Of a DNA stretch of 64,000 bases, positions 1 to 10,025 are shown in pieces. The notes under the pieces are model-generated. The model worked only from the letters and a program-made list of their open reading frames with translations. It ran no database searches and was not told the origin of the DNA. Source of the DNA: an uncultured delta proteobacterium (lineage in GTDB: Bacteria > Desulfobacterota > WTBG01 > CAIYCZ01); NCBI GenBank assembly GCA_963803975.1, contig CAWDOY010000054.1, positions 96,001-160,000 of the forward strand. The letters are read 5' to 3'. The position numbers and the translations under genes were made by a program. Within the stretch, counting starts at the first letter, position 1; each line of letters begins with the position of its first letter.

Positions 1-493
1 CGCCATGTCGGCAGGCCGGAAGGGGACAGACGAGACGATCCGTTTTTGCGCGGTACTTCACCGGCGGTGCCGCGCAGTGAGACCCCTGCCGGAACGGTCA
101 GCAATACGCCATGTACGATTACCGCTTGTGCGCCGCCGGCCCCCCTTGATGTGACGGCAGGTGTGAAGTACTGGATTCGCATCGAAGGGTATCAGCCGGT
201 GACGCCCGACTGGGGCATTGCTGCCGGCACAGGAGGAGATGAAAAAATTTTCGCTTGTCAGCGGAGGGTGAGTTCAGGTTGCACCATGACGCGGTTCACG
301 CTGCTCGATCTCCGGCAGCACTGGCACGATAGCGCAGACGTCAATGAAGCGGCAGCGTTGATGTGAGAGGGATTTCATGTTTGTCATCGGCAACTGGCGC
401 GCAACCATGGACCCGCGGATGTGAACGGCAGCGGGTCGGTTGATGTTCAGGACCTGATCGCGCTCATCCGCGCATGGGGGCCATGCGCCGTAA
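1..493 (+). pseudogene. Multiply frameshifted 3' fragment of a secreted protein ending in a dockerin-like (DVNGxGxVDVxD) tail
   Basis: Joining frames gives ...PAPLDVTAGVKYWIRIEGYQPVTPDWGIAAG... then ADVN...DFMFVIGNW and GPADVNGSGSVDVQDLIALIRAWGPC, with a likely stop at 491-493. Confidence 0.5.
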
Positions 494-529
494 AAAACAG
501 TTGACGGCACGGAATAGCGCGGCCGTACA

Positions 530-678
530 GCATACCGCAGACTAAAAGATTTTGTGAAAAGTATCGAAACGGTCTCACCCTGTGTTGGGTCGTTGAGGAT
601 GATGAAAAAATATTCCTGAAGACAATAATTCCCAACATCAAGGCAACCAAAAAGTATCTGGTAGATAGAAATGAATAA
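530..678 (+). pseudogene. Relic of a BrnT-like type II toxin (C-terminal part)
   Basis: Frame ending at TAA 676-678 reads VEDDEKIFLKTIIPNIKATKKYLVDRNE, resembling the C-terminus of BrnT-like toxins; 5' part disrupted. Confidence 0.55.
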
Positions 679-815
679 GAAAACTATCTGGATAATGAAG
701 AAAAGGAACTGGCAAAATCACTTGAAACGAAGAGTGGATTTCCTGCCTGACGCAAAAAGATAAGGCCAAATACAAAGAATATGCCTGCCATGAGTCTCAA
801 TAAGCAAAAACGATT
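671..815 (+). pseudogene. Relic of the cognate antitoxin
   Basis: ATG 671 overlaps the toxin end; frameshifted pieces LDNEEKELAKSLE / LTQKDKAKYKEYA / SLNKQKR; truncated. Confidence 0.45.
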
Positions 816-929
816 ACAGGATTAATAGGTATTTTAGGGACGTTGTTACTTGACATTGCCAATGAGGGGTAAGGGATGTTGTTGACAAAGCATACAAACT
901 GATAAATGAAAAGCAGACTTTCGGGCGGG

Positions 930-1334
930 TTAATCGGAGAACAGCATTTCAAAATCGCGGGGCCGTATAATAGCCTTGTCTCTGAACGTTTTAAGCGCAA
1001 GCAAGTCAGCATCTCCGGTAACGAGGTAATCCGCCCCGAAAGCAATGAAGACAATCAAGGACATTATCGTCACGGCATCCCTGCACGTGCCGACTGCAGT
1101 ATGTTCGGGATGCACCACGGACTGCGCGGCCTCGTTAATCAGCTGTACAGCCGACTGTATTTCTCCTTTTGTTGCCGATAGCTTGCCGCGCAGTATTGCC
1201 TGGAACTCATTGAGGATAAACGGGCAGGTTGTGAGATGAAACTGTTTTTTTCGCGCCCGTACAAGCAGTTTTGAGCAGACACCTTCGGTAAGAAATGCCG
1301 AAATCAGCACATTGGTATCAAAAACTACTTTCAC
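930..1334 (-). CDS. PIN-domain toxin of a toxin-antitoxin system
   Basis: 134 aa; MKVVFDTNVLISA start and ADYLVTGDADLL motif; middle part may carry local indels. Confidence 0.9.
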   Translation of the reverse strand: MKVVFDTNVLISAFLTEGVCSKLLVRARKKQFHLTTCPFILNEFQAILRGKLSATKGEIQSAVQLINEAAQSVVHPEHTAVGTCRDAVTIMSLIVFIAFGADYLVTGDADLLALKTFRDKAIIRPRDFEMLFSD

Positions 1335-1549
1335 GAAACAGCCTTGAATATATCTTCGTCGGTGACAAAGCCTGCTTTTTTTGCCTTTGCGCCGAGGGTC
1401 TTGCGCACAGCTTTATATTTTGTTTCCCAAAGGTACAGGCTTATTGACTCCTTGACAATGTCGCTTTTATTCCTGCCTGTTGATTTTGCAAAGGCATCAA
1501 GCTCTGACGATATTTTTCCGGGCAGACTGATGGAAAGCACTGTTCTCAT
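1331..1549 (-). CDS. Ribbon-helix-helix (CopG-like) antitoxin
   Basis: 72 aa; LSISLP...LDAFAKSTGRNKSDIVKESI; RBS GGAGG; overlaps toxin start (GTGA). Confidence 0.85.
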   Translation of the reverse strand: MRTVLSISLPGKISSELDAFAKSTGRNKSDIVKESISLYLWETKYKAVRKTLGAKAKKAGFVTDEDIFKAVS

Positions 1550-1560
1550 GGCACACCTCC

Positions 1561-1597
1561 TGTATTACAATCTACTACAAGACTTCGACTACGTCAA
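1561..1597 (-). promoter_or_regulatory. Sigma70 promoter of the TA operon with probable RHH operator
   Basis: Minus strand TTGACG-17nt-TAGATT; direct repeats TTGTAGTA/TTGTAATA flank the -10. Confidence 0.65.
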
Positions 1598-1902
1598 GCA
1601 GCATTCCATAAAGTAGCATTGGGGTTTTGGTCAAACCAGGAAAATAAGGGAAAGATAATAAGTTTATGATCACTGACAGGCAGCGCACTTTTTATAATTG
1701 ATTACCCGTGGCATTGTTTATATGTTGCTATACTTATCACCCCATGAACAGTACCACTGGTTGGTATCACGTGATGGCCACGCAATAGAGAGCCTGCTTC
1801 ATATTCGTAGAAAATAGGGACAAAAATAAAAATAGCGACGCCTATCTTTAATAAATGACCGCTTTATCTCATTTAGGTCGGAATTTAGGAGGTGACAAGG
1901 CC

Positions 1903-2100
1903 ATGAAATCACAAAGCCTCGGATTGCGTGTGGCAAGCATTGTGTTCGGGTTTATGTCAGTAGTGCAATTAGCGCGGCTTATCATACGCCCCGAAGTGCT
2001 GGTGGCCGGCTATCTATTGCCGTTATGGCCAAGCGCTCTGGCCTTCGTGATCCTGGGCGGCCTGAGCCTCTGGCTGTGGAAACTTGCGCGTACGCATTAG
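1903..2100 (+). CDS. Small two-TM membrane protein
   Basis: RBS GGAGGT, ATG 1903, two hydrophobic stretches. Confidence 0.7.
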   Translation: MKSQSLGLRVASIVFGFMSVVQLARLIIRPEVLVAGYLLPLWPSALAFVILGGLSLWLWKLARTH

Positions 2101-2151
2101 AGGAAACAGCCGCTAATACAATTGACCGACGCAGCAAAATCTGACTCTCAT

Positions 2152-2194
2152 AAAAAACGGCAGGACCTTTATCGGCCCTGCCGTTCTGTTTTTT
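2152..2194. terminator. Bidirectional intrinsic terminator
   Basis: AACGGCAGG/CCTGCCGTT stem flanked by A- and T-runs. Confidence 0.65.
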
Positions 2195-2421
2195 CTGTAT
2201 GCACCGCGCGTGAGAAGGTTACTTCGCGCTTGACGTCTGCGCTGCCTCTATCTCTTTCATCCTGCTGGAAAGGCGCTTGAACAGGGTCCTGACAAACGGC
2301 ATCTGGTCTCATATATAGCGGTTCCCGCTCGTTCGTGTGGCATGACTACCCGCGAGGAGCTTCACGTTGACAAGCAAAATCATCTATGATAGGTGTTGCA
2401 TTGTAACAACACGTTAAATAC

Positions 2422-2985
2422 ATGGCAAAAATCCGCACGTTTATTGCATTGGAACTGCCGCAGGAGCTGAAAAAAGCCCTGGCTGACCTGCAGGCAGAAC
2501 TGCGCAGCCGCACTGCCTGCGTGCGGTGGGTAAAGCCGGAGCACATTCACCTGACGTTGAAATTTCTGGGGCCGACGGAAGAAGGGCTGGTGGAACCTGT
2601 CAGCAGGATATTAGTGAATCTGGCTGCGGCAGCAACTCCCTTCAGGACGCAGATCGCCGGGCTTGGCGCTTTTCCCAATTCGCGAAATCCGAAAGTCATC
2701 TGGGTCGGGATGCCGGGCGATCAAGGCAACCTGTTACAGTTCCAGGAACAACTGGAAGACGCACTGGCACACGTCGGTTTTGCTAAAGAGAAGCGCTCAT
2801 TTTCCCCTCACCTGACGCTCGGCAGGGTTAAGGAAGGCAAAGGGAAAAGGGAGCTTGAGCAGCTTATAGAAACATATCAAAGCAAAGACCTGGGAAATTT
2901 CGCGGCGGATACCATTTTTTTCTTCAGGAGTGATCTGCATCCAACCGGCCCGGTCTATTCTGCTTTGAAAACTATCAAGCTGTAA
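2422..2985 (+). CDS. thpR: RNA 2',3'-cyclic phosphodiesterase (2H family)
   Basis: Two HxT motifs (HLTLKFLG, PHLTLGR); upstream of recA. Confidence 0.93.
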   Translation: MAKIRTFIALELPQELKKALADLQAELRSRTACVRWVKPEHIHLTLKFLGPTEEGLVEPVSRILVNLAAAATPFRTQIAGLGAFPNSRNPKVIWVGMPGDQGNLLQFQEQLEDALAHVGFAKEKRSFSPHLTLGRVKEGKGKRELEQLIETYQSKDLGNFAADTIFFFRSDLHPTGPVYSALKTIKL

Positions 2986-2987
2986 AC

Positions 2988-3052
2988 AGCTATCAGCCGT
3001 CAGCTAATAGCTTAAAATTATATGGAGCGCTGTTAGCTGAACGCTGACAGCT
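2988..3052. repeat. Inverted heptamer array, TCAGCTA class
   Basis: AGCTATCAGCCGTCAGCTAATAGC ... GCTGTTAGCTGAACGCTGACAGCT, directly after the thpR stop. Confidence 0.8.
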
Positions 3053-3090
3053 TTTTTACCTTACGACTATAAATACCGGAGGGGCTCTGC

Positions 3091-4158
3091 ATGACAAAAG
3101 ATCAGAACAAGGAAAAAGCGATTGACATGGCGGTCAGCCAGATTGAGAAGCAGTTTGGCAAAGGGTCAATTATGCGTCTCGGCGAGGAAGGGGCTCTGGT
3201 ACCGGATTTGCCGGTAATCCCCACCGGCTCCATAAGCCTTGATATAGCGCTGGGCCTCGGGGGAATCCCCCGTGGACGGGTGGCTGAGATCTTTGGCCCC
3301 GAGTCTTCAGGGAAGACGACCCTTGCCCTGCATATCATCGCAGAGTCTCAGAAACAGGGTGGGAATGCCGCTTTTATAGACGCGGAGCACGCGCTTGACG
3401 TCACCTATGCGCGCAAGCTCGGGGTTAAAACCGACGAGCTGCTTATCTCCCAGCCCGACAATGGCGAGCAGGCGCTGGAGATCAGCGAAGTGCTGGTGCG
3501 CAGCGGTGCTGTGGATGTCCTGGTGGTTGACTCGGTGGCCGCTCTGGTGCCGCGGGCGGAAATCGAGGGGGAGATGGGGGATGCCCACATGGGCCTTCAG
3601 GCGCGCCTGATGTCGCAGGCGTTGCGCAAACTGGCGGCAGCCATCAGCAAATCAATGACAGCGGTCATTTTCATTAACCAGATCCGCATGAAGATAGGGG
3701 TCATGTTCGGCAATCCGGAAACAACCACCGGCGGGAACGCGCTCAAATTCTATTCAACCATTCGCCTGGATATCAGAAAAATCGGCATGATCAAGGATGG
3801 CGAGAACGTCACCGGGCACCGCACCAGGGTAAAAGTGGTGAAAAACAAGGTCGCTCCTCCCTTCAGAGAAGTTGAGTTTGATATTATGTTTGGAGAAGGT
3901 ATTTCCCGCGAAGGCGATATCCTTGATCTGGGTGTCGAGGAAAACATTGTGGAGAAGAGCGGCGCCTGGTACTCGTATAAGGGTGACCGCATCGGCCAGG
4001 GCCGGGAGAATACCAAAGCGTTTCTCAAGGAGCACTCTGCAATTACCCGGGAACTTGAGGAAAAAATTCTCGACAAGGCCGGCATTGTAAGGAAGCCGGA
4101 AGAATTAAAGAAGCCGGAAGAACAGCCACCGAAGAGCAAGCAAAAGGATGGAAAGTGA
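3091..4158 (+). CDS. recA: Recombinase RecA
   Basis: GPESSGKTT Walker [30 protein letters not shown]. Confidence 0.99.
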   Translation: MTKDQNKEKAIDMAVSQIEKQFGKGSIMRLGEEGALVPDLPVIPTGSISLDIALGLGGIPRGRVAEIFGPESSGKTTLALHIIAESQKQGGNAAFIDAEHALDVTYARKLGVKTDELLISQPDNGEQALEISEVLVRSGAVDVLVVDSVAALVPRAEIEGEMGDAHMGLQARLMSQALRKLAAAISKSMTAVIFINQIRMKIGVMFGNPETTTGGNALKFYSTIRLDIRKIGMIKDGENVTGHRTRVKVVKNKVAPPFREVEFDIMFGEGISREGDILDLGVEENIVEKSGAWYSYKGDRIGQGRENTKAFLKEHSAITRELEEKILDKAGIVRKPEELKKPEEQPPKSKQKDGK

Positions 4159-4612
4159 GACGGATTTTCAGAAAGTTCTTGCCAGCGCCTACCGTTTTCT
4201 TGCTCGCCGCCCGTACAGTCATGAAGAACTGAAGGCGCGACTTCTGCAAAAAGGTTTTGCGCCAGCAGTGACGGTTCATGCACTCGAAACCCTTGCCCGG
4301 CAGGGTTATCTCAATGATGAAGATGTGGCGCTGCAGTGGGCACGCTCGCTGGTCAGGAACCGGTCCTGGGGACGGGATAAAATAAGCGCCTATCTTTACC
4401 GCAAGGGCATTGCAAAAGAGATTATCGATGGGGTGCAAAAGACCGTATGGCAGGACTATGATGAGAGCATGGTCGCCCGGAAGGTCCTGGAAAAACATTT
4501 TGCCCGGGCCACGGAGCAGCCCTCGCTTGCAAAAAAAGCACGCTTCTTAAAGTCACGGGGCTTTTCTGCAGGTGTTGTTTACCGCAGCCTTAATATTGTT
4601 ATCGAAGACTAA
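4148..4612 (+). CDS. recX: Regulatory protein RecX
   Basis: [28 protein letters not shown] motifs; overlaps recA end. Confidence 0.9.
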   Translation: MESETDFQKVLASAYRFLARRPYSHEELKARLLQKGFAPAVTVHALETLARQGYLNDEDVALQWARSLVRNRSWGRDKISAYLYRKGIAKEIIDGVQKTVWQDYDESMVARKVLEKHFARATEQPSLAKKARFLKSRGFSAGVVYRSLNIVIED

Positions 4613-4620
4613 CCAGAGAG

Positions 4621-4667
4621 TAACCACAGAGCGCGCGAGCATAGCTGCTCCGCGACAACTGTGGTTG
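4621..4667. repeat. Inverted repeat, AACCACAGAG class
   Basis: TAACCACAGAG ... CTGTGGTTG between recX and alaS. Confidence 0.65.
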
Positions 4668-4679
4668 ATGCAGGCCGCC

Positions 4680-7337
4680 ATGAAGACCTCAGGTGATATA
4701 CGCAAAGAATTTTTGAGCTATTTTCAAAACAGAAGCCACACCGTTGTTGAGAGTGCTTCGCTGATACCGCACAATGACCCCACGCTTCTTTTTACCAATG
4801 CCGGCATGGTGCAGTTTAAAGGGGTGTTCCTCGGCGAAGAGAAGCGCGACTACCGGCGCGCGGCTTCTTCTCAGAAATGCGTGCGGGCCGGGGGTAAACA
4901 TAATGACCTGGAGAATGTCGGCCGCACCGCACGTCACCATACGTTCTTTGAAATGCTGGGCAACTTTTCCTTTGGCGACTATTTCAAGGAAGAGGCAATC
5001 ACGATGGCCTGGGAGTTTCTTACCGGGCATCTCCAGCTTCCCCGGGAGAAGCTCTGGGTGACCGTGTATGAGGATGATGAAGAGGCTGCGGCCATCTGGC
5101 GGGAGCGGGTTGGCATAGATCCGGACCGCATCGCACGGATGGGGGAGAAGGATAACTTCTGGGCCATGGGAGAGACCGGCCCCTGCGGGCCCTGCTCGGA
5201 AATTATTATTGATCAGGGCGAGGAATTCAGCTGCGGCAGGCCTGAGTGCAGGATCGGGTGTGACTGCGACCGGTATCTGGAGCTGTGGAACCTGGTCTTT
5301 ATGCAGTTCAACCGGGATGAGCGCGGCAACAAAACACCCCTGCCCCGGCCCAGCATTGATACCGGCATGGGGCTTGAGAGAATCACCGCCGTGGTACAGG
5401 GCGTCACCAGTAACTACGATACCGACCTGTTTCTTCCCCTCACCGGCCATGTTGCACGGATTGCCGGTAAAAAGTACGGCGCTGACCCGGAAGCAGATAT
5501 TTCGATACGGATTATCGCCGATCATAGCCGGGCAACGGCCTTTCTTATCGGCGACGGGGTGCTGCCCTCCAATGAAGGGCGCGGCTATGTGCTGCGCAGG
5601 ATCATGCGCAGGGCTGCGCGCCACGGGAAAAAACTGGGACTGTCAAAGCCGTTCCTGTGTGATGTGGTGCGGATGGTGGCAGCGGAGATGAGCGGCGTGT
5701 ATCCGGATATCACGCGCTCCCTTGACTATATCGCCCGCGTGGTGCTTACCGAGGAGGAAAATTTTTCCACAACGCTTGAGTCAGGGCTCAGGATACTTCA
5801 GGAGGAGGTTGAAGCGTTACAGGCGAAAAATGAGCATACGGTACCCGGAACAATTGCCTTCCGGCTGTATGATACCTACGGCTTCCCCATTGATCTTACT
5901 CAGGACATTGCCGCTGAATACCGGATGCGGGTGGATGAGGAGGGGTTTCACCAGGCCATGCTTGAGCAGCGCAAGCGGGCGCGCGATGCATGGAAGGGCT
6001 CTGGCGAGGAGCAGATTGGAACACTCTATAAAAAACTGCTGCAGGACGGTATTGCGGTTACCTTTAAGGGCTATGAAGCGCCGCGGATTACATCTTCAGT
6101 CCGGGCGCTTATAAAACAGGGCGTACCAATACTGAGCGCTTCACCGGGAGAGGAGATTGAACTGGTGACTGCTGAGACCTGTTTTTATGGTGAAGCCGGC
6201 GGCCAGGCCGGTGATAGTGGAACAATCGGTAACGACCACGTTACCATTACAATTTCAGAAACCATCAGGCCCCTGCCTGATATCATTGTCCACCGCGGCA
6301 CCGTGGTTACGGGCAGTATCAGCCGGGGAGACGAGGTAACGCTTCAGGTTAATACGGACCAGCGGCAGGCAACAGCCGGCAACCACACGGCAACGCACAT
6401 TCTTCATGCAGCACTTCGCGAGGTGCTGGGCAATCATGTGAAACAGGCAGGTTCCCTGGTGGCAGCCGAGCGCTTGCGGTTTGACTTTACCCATTTTGCC
6501 CCGCTTACCAGAGAAGAGCTCGAGAACGTGGAAAATCTGGTCAACGAGCGGATTCGGGCCAACAGCCCGCTGGCAGTTACGGTGATGCCTCTGTCCGAGG
6601 CAATGTCCAGCGGCGCGACCGCTCTCTTTGGGGAAAAATATGGCGCAGAGGTCCGGGTTATACGCATTGCCGACTACAGCAGGGAGCTGTGCGGGGGCAC
6701 GCATACCGCGAGCACCGGAGAGATAGGACTCTTTAAAATAGTGAGTGAGGCAGGAATTGCTGCCGGCGTCAGGCGTATCGAAGCGCTCACCGGAAGAGAA
6801 GCCTATAATTATATTAAGCGGCAGGATGACCTGCTCCGGGATTTGACCCAGCTGTTAAAAACCGAGCGGGAGAGCATTCTCACAAAGGTCGAGCGCATGC
6901 TCCTGGAACAGAGGGACCGGGAAAAAGAACTCAATGCGCTCAAAAGCCAACTCATTGCCCGGGAGACAGGCAGTGTCCTGGATACCGCGCGTGATGTGTG
7001 CGGGGTCAGGGTCCTGGTGACAGAAGTTCCCGGGCAGGACATGAAAGCGCTTCGGGAATATGGGGATACCATAAAGGAGCAGCTGAAATCGGGTGTTATT
7101 GTTTTAGGGTCAGCTGTTGAGGGCAGCGCTCAAATCATCTCGATGGTTACTAAAGATAACGCAAAGCGCTTTTCAGCGAAAAAAATTATTGAAGCTGTTG
7201 CACCGATCATAGAAGGCAGAGGCGGGGGCAAAGACGAGATGGCTCAGGCCGGGGGTAAAAATACCGCCAAGCTATCAGAAGCCCTGGAGAAAGCCCGGTC
7301 TGTTATTGAGGAGATGGGGCAGAAAAGTAAAGGATAA
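4680..7337 (+). CDS. alaS: Alanine--tRNA ligase
   Basis: DPTLLFTNAGM, RHHTFFEMLGNFSFGDYFK, editing HTATH and ELCGGTH; start placed at MKTSGDIR. Confidence 0.99.
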   Translation: MKTSGDIRKEFLSYFQNRSHTVVESASLIPHNDPTLLFTNAGMVQFKGVFLGEEKRDYRRAASSQKCVRAGGKHNDLENVGRTARHHTFFEMLGNFSFGDYFKEEAITMAWEFLTGHLQLPREKLWVTVYEDDEEAAAIWRERVGIDPDRIARMGEKDNFWAMGETGPCGPCSEIIIDQGEEFSCGRPECRIGCDCDRYLELWNLVFMQFNRDERGNKTPLPRPSIDTGMGLERITAVVQGVTSNYDTDLFLPLTGHVARIAGKKYGADPEADISIRIIADHSRATAFLIGDGVLPSNEGRGYVLRRIMRRAARHGKKLGLSKPFLCDVVRMVAAEMSGVYPDITRSLDYIARVVLTEEENFSTTLESGLRILQEEVEALQAKNEHTVPGTIAFRLYDTYGFPIDLTQDIAAEYRMRVDEEGFHQAMLEQRKRARDAWKGSGEEQIGTLYKKLLQDGIAVTFKGYEAPRITSSVRALIKQGVPILSASPGEEIELVTAETCFYGEAGGQAGDSGTIGNDHVTITISETIRPLPDIIVHRGTVVTGSISRGDEVTLQVNTDQRQATAGNHTATHILHAALREVLGNHVKQAGSLVAAERLRFDFTHFAPLTREELENVENLVNERIRANSPLAVTVMPLSEAMSSGATALFGEKYGAEVRVIRIADYSRELCGGTHTASTGEIGLFKIVSEAGIAAGVRRIEALTGREAYNYIKRQDDLLRDLTQLLKTERESILTKVERMLLEQRDREKELNALKSQLIARETGSVLDTARDVCGVRVLVTEVPGQDMKALREYGDTIKEQLKSGVIVLGSAVEGSAQIISMVTKDNAKRFSAKKIIEAVAPIIEGRGGGKDEMAQAGGKNTAKLSEALEKARSVIEEMGQKSKG

Positions 7338-7340
7338 AAA

Positions 7341-7502
7341 AAGGCACAGAGGCAGCCCGCCTTCGCGCAAGGCTACGGCGGGCAAGCAGGCAATAGGCAC
7401 AAAGGCATAAAGCAAAGGGCTGTGTGCCCGCTGCGCCATAGCGACAGCGCGGCGAGCTGAGTAACGAGTGCTGAGCAGCAAGAGGGGAGACAGAAGACAG
7501 AC
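7341..7502. repeat. Composite patch: GGCACAAA array interrupted by a REP-like hairpin, plus GTGCTGA and GACAGAA heptamers
   Basis: AAGGCACAGAGGCA-[GCCCGCCTTCGCGCAAGGCTACGGCGGGC]-AGGCAATAGGCACAAAGGCA; GCTGAGTAACGAGTGCTGAG; AGACAGAAGACAGA. Confidence 0.7.
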
Positions 7503-7572
7503 AACATATCGCAGAGGAATAAAGCAATGGCAGACCGCGGAATGGGGGAAAAGAAGCTTTCGCAGCTCTTTG

Positions 7573-8409
7573 CTAGAAAAAGAGGAATTTCTTTTTTGCT
7601 GTTTTCTGGGGTTGTTTATTCGCTTCTTCCTGCATGTTCTTTTTGATTTCTTCTTTTGGTGAGGGGGCGGCCAGAAGCACTTTGGCCTGTGCAGCATAGG
7701 GGCTTTCGGGATATTTCCTGATAAGGTACTGTAGAAATTTTACGCCCCGCTGCTTGTTTTCGGACAGGAAGTTTGCCTGGGCGATAGAAAAGATAACCCG
7801 GTCCCGGGGAATAGACGTGGGATAGTCTTTGAGGATGGTGTTGAAGCGGTTGATAGCGCCGGGATAGTTTTTATACTGCACATAAAACTGCCCGATAAAA
7901 AATTCGTGCTCTGCTATGATCCGTTTTGCTTCACTCAGTTTAAACAGGGCTTTGCCGGTATAGGGGCTGGCAGGATAGAGCTCAAGGAGCTGCTGGAATT
8001 GGTCTGCCGCTGCCCTGGCATAGGTAGGGTCCCGGTCAAGGGTTAAAATCTGGCTGTAGTAGCACAGGCCGATCATATAGATGCTGTAGGGTACGCTTTT
8101 ATTGTTGGGATGGAGGCGCCGGAAATTTTCAAAAGAATGAATGGCTTCGATATACTCCTCTTTATAATAGTGGGCATCCCCAATGCGGAGTTCCGCTAGT
8201 ATTGCATAGGGGCTCAACGGAAATTTTTCCTTTAACTCTTCAAAAGCAGGTATTGCATCAAAATAATTTCTGGCATTAAACTGAGTAATGGCGCGGTTGT
8301 AGTATTCCTCATCCGTTTTTAACGGTTTTTTGTCTGGAGCAGCAGCACAGGCCCAGATGCAGGTTACCAGCACTATACAGAAAAATCGCTTTAGCACGTG
8401 TCTCTTCAT
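7573..8409 (-). CDS. bamD: Outer membrane protein assembly factor BamD (TPR lipoprotein)
   Basis: Lipoprotein-like signal (IWAC), FPLSPYA, HP, DRD, HEFFIGQFY and GAINRF motifs. Confidence 0.9.
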   Translation of the reverse strand: MKRHVLKRFFCIVLVTCIWACAAAPDKKPLKTDEEYYNRAITQFNARNYFDAIPAFEELKEKFPLSPYAILAELRIGDAHYYKEEYIEAIHSFENFRRLHPNNKSVPYSIYMIGLCYYSQILTLDRDPTYARAAADQFQQLLELYPASPYTGKALFKLSEAKRIIAEHEFFIGQFYVQYKNYPGAINRFNTILKDYPTSIPRDRVIFSIAQANFLSENKQRGVKFLQYLIRKYPESPYAAQAKVLLAAPSPKEEIKKNMQEEANKQPQKTAKKKFLFF

Positions 8410-8543
8410 TTCGATAATTAGGGTATCAAGGGAAATTTTCTTTGAGTTTATCGCGGTTTCAACATGCGCCGCGCTTTGATTGTTGCAGGATATACTGCCA
8501 TGAACCATAGTGATTGTCAATCAATAACCAGATGAGCAGATTC

Positions 8544-9953
8544 ATGGATACCTTAGCAATTATACTGCTTGCTGCAGGCAAGGGAACCAGGATGAAATCA
8601 GATACCGCGAAGGTCCTGCATCCGGTAGCCGGGCGGCCCATGCTCTTCTATCCTCTGCAGACCGCGCAGGCATTCTCGCCGCAGAAGCTGGTGGTCGTGG
8701 TAGGGCATCAGGCCGGCCAGGTAGAACAGGTGTTCAGCAATGAGAACCTGTTCTTTGTCCGCCAGGAGCAGCAGCTTGGCTCAGGACACGCCGTTGCTGT
8801 CACCGAGGAGGCGCTGCGGGGTTTTGCCGGGACCGTGCTCATTATGTGTGGTGATGTGCCGCTCATCAGGGTGGAAACCATTACGCGGTTTTTGAACGAA
8901 CACCGGCAGCGTGATGCAACCGTGAGCGTGTTAACGGTAAACCTTCAGGATCCTGCCGGGTACGGGAGAGTGGTGCGGGATGCCGCGGGTAGGATACAGA
9001 GCATTGTTGAACACCGGGATGCAACCGGGGAACAGCGCAGGATTCGGGAAATAAACACCGGCATTTACTGCTGCCAAGCCTCGTTTCTCTATGCAGCACT
9101 GAAAAACATTGAAAAAAATAATGACCAGGGTGAATATTATCTTCCTGATATTATTCACCTGGCAGTCAAAGAGGGTAAGCATGCCCTGGCAGTGCTGACC
9201 GAGGACTTTCAGGAAGTTAAGGGGATAAACGACCGCATTGACCTGGCTGAAGCGGAACGGGTCATGCGGGAGCGTATTCTGAAGCAGCACCTGCAGGACG
9301 GGGTAACGATTATTGACCCTGCCTCGACGTATATAGATTACGGGGTTACCATCGGACCGGACACCGTGATCTATCCGAACGCAAGCATCAGAGGGAAATC
9401 GGCCATCGGCAGCAACTGTACGGTTGATGCAAACTGCACGATCATACAGTCCATCATCGGCAACGGGGTTCATATCAAGCCGGCATGTGTGATAGACGCG
9501 AGCCGTATTGATGACCGCGTGACGATAGGCCCGTTTGCCCATCTGCGGCCCCAGACCGTGGTCGAAGAGGGGGGCCGGATTGGAAATTTTGTGGAAATTA
9601 AAAAATCCCGTATCGGCAGGGGCTCCAAGGCAAACCATCTGAGCTATATCGGCGATGCCACCATCGGCGAAGGGGTAAACATCGGGGCCGGCACCATTAC
9701 CTGCAATTATGACGGGAAAATAAAACACCCGACGGTTATTAAAGACCATGTTTTTGTGGGCAGCAATACCTCGCTGGTGGCGCCGGTAACAATCGGCGCG
9801 GGAGCTGTTATCGCTGCTGGTTCTACTATTACCAAAGATGTACCGGCTGGTTCACTTGCCGCAGGGCGGACGCGCCAGACCAATTATGAACACCGGTATC
9901 CGGTCAGTCGGAAAAAACGGGAAGGCAATGCCCCCGATAAAGGGCAGAGCTGA
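8544..9953 (+). CDS. glmU: Bifunctional UDP-GlcNAc pyrophosphorylase / glucosamine-1-P acetyltransferase
   Basis: LAAGKGTRMKS, EYYLPD, GNFVEIK, HLSYIGDA, NIGAGTITCNYDG. Confidence 0.99.
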   Translation: MDTLAIILLAAGKGTRMKSDTAKVLHPVAGRPMLFYPLQTAQAFSPQKLVVVVGHQAGQVEQVFSNENLFFVRQEQQLGSGHAVAVTEEALRGFAGTVLIMCGDVPLIRVETITRFLNEHRQRDATVSVLTVNLQDPAGYGRVVRDAAGRIQSIVEHRDATGEQRRIREINTGIYCCQASFLYAALKNIEKNNDQGEYYLPDIIHLAVKEGKHALAVLTEDFQEVKGINDRIDLAEAERVMRERILKQHLQDGVTIIDPASTYIDYGVTIGPDTVIYPNASIRGKSAIGSNCTVDANCTIIQSIIGNGVHIKPACVIDASRIDDRVTIGPFAHLRPQTVVEEGGRIGNFVEIKKSRIGRGSKANHLSYIGDATIGEGVNIGAGTITCNYDGKIKHPTVIKDHVFVGSNTSLVAPVTIGAGAVIAAGSTITKDVPAGSLAAGRTRQTNYEHRYPVSRKKREGNAPDKGQS

Positions 9954-9963
9954 ACTCATTAAC

Positions 9964-10007
9964 TGCAATCAGCATTCAGGGGCAGGTTTACCCTGATTGC
10001 TGAAGCA
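9964..10007. repeat. Inverted heptamer array, TCAGCAA class
   Basis: GCAATCAGCATTCAGG ... CCTGATTGCTGAAGC between glmU and glmS. Confidence 0.6.
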
Positions 10008-10025
10008 TGGACGAGGATCTTATAC

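Noticed and set aside
2219..2302. 27-aa minus-strand ORF MPFVRTLFKRLSSRMKEIEAAQTSSAK ahead of a terminator
   Set aside because: No RBS and no recognisable family; it may be a gene remnant but cannot be supported.
2346..3090. LexA/SOS box upstream of thpR-recA
   Set aside because: No convincing palindrome shared with the uvrA upstream region; the palindrome before recA is a heptamer array.
9954..10025. glmS ribozyme upstream of glmS
   Set aside because: The spacer is only 72 nt, mostly a heptamer hairpin, with no recognisable ribozyme core.
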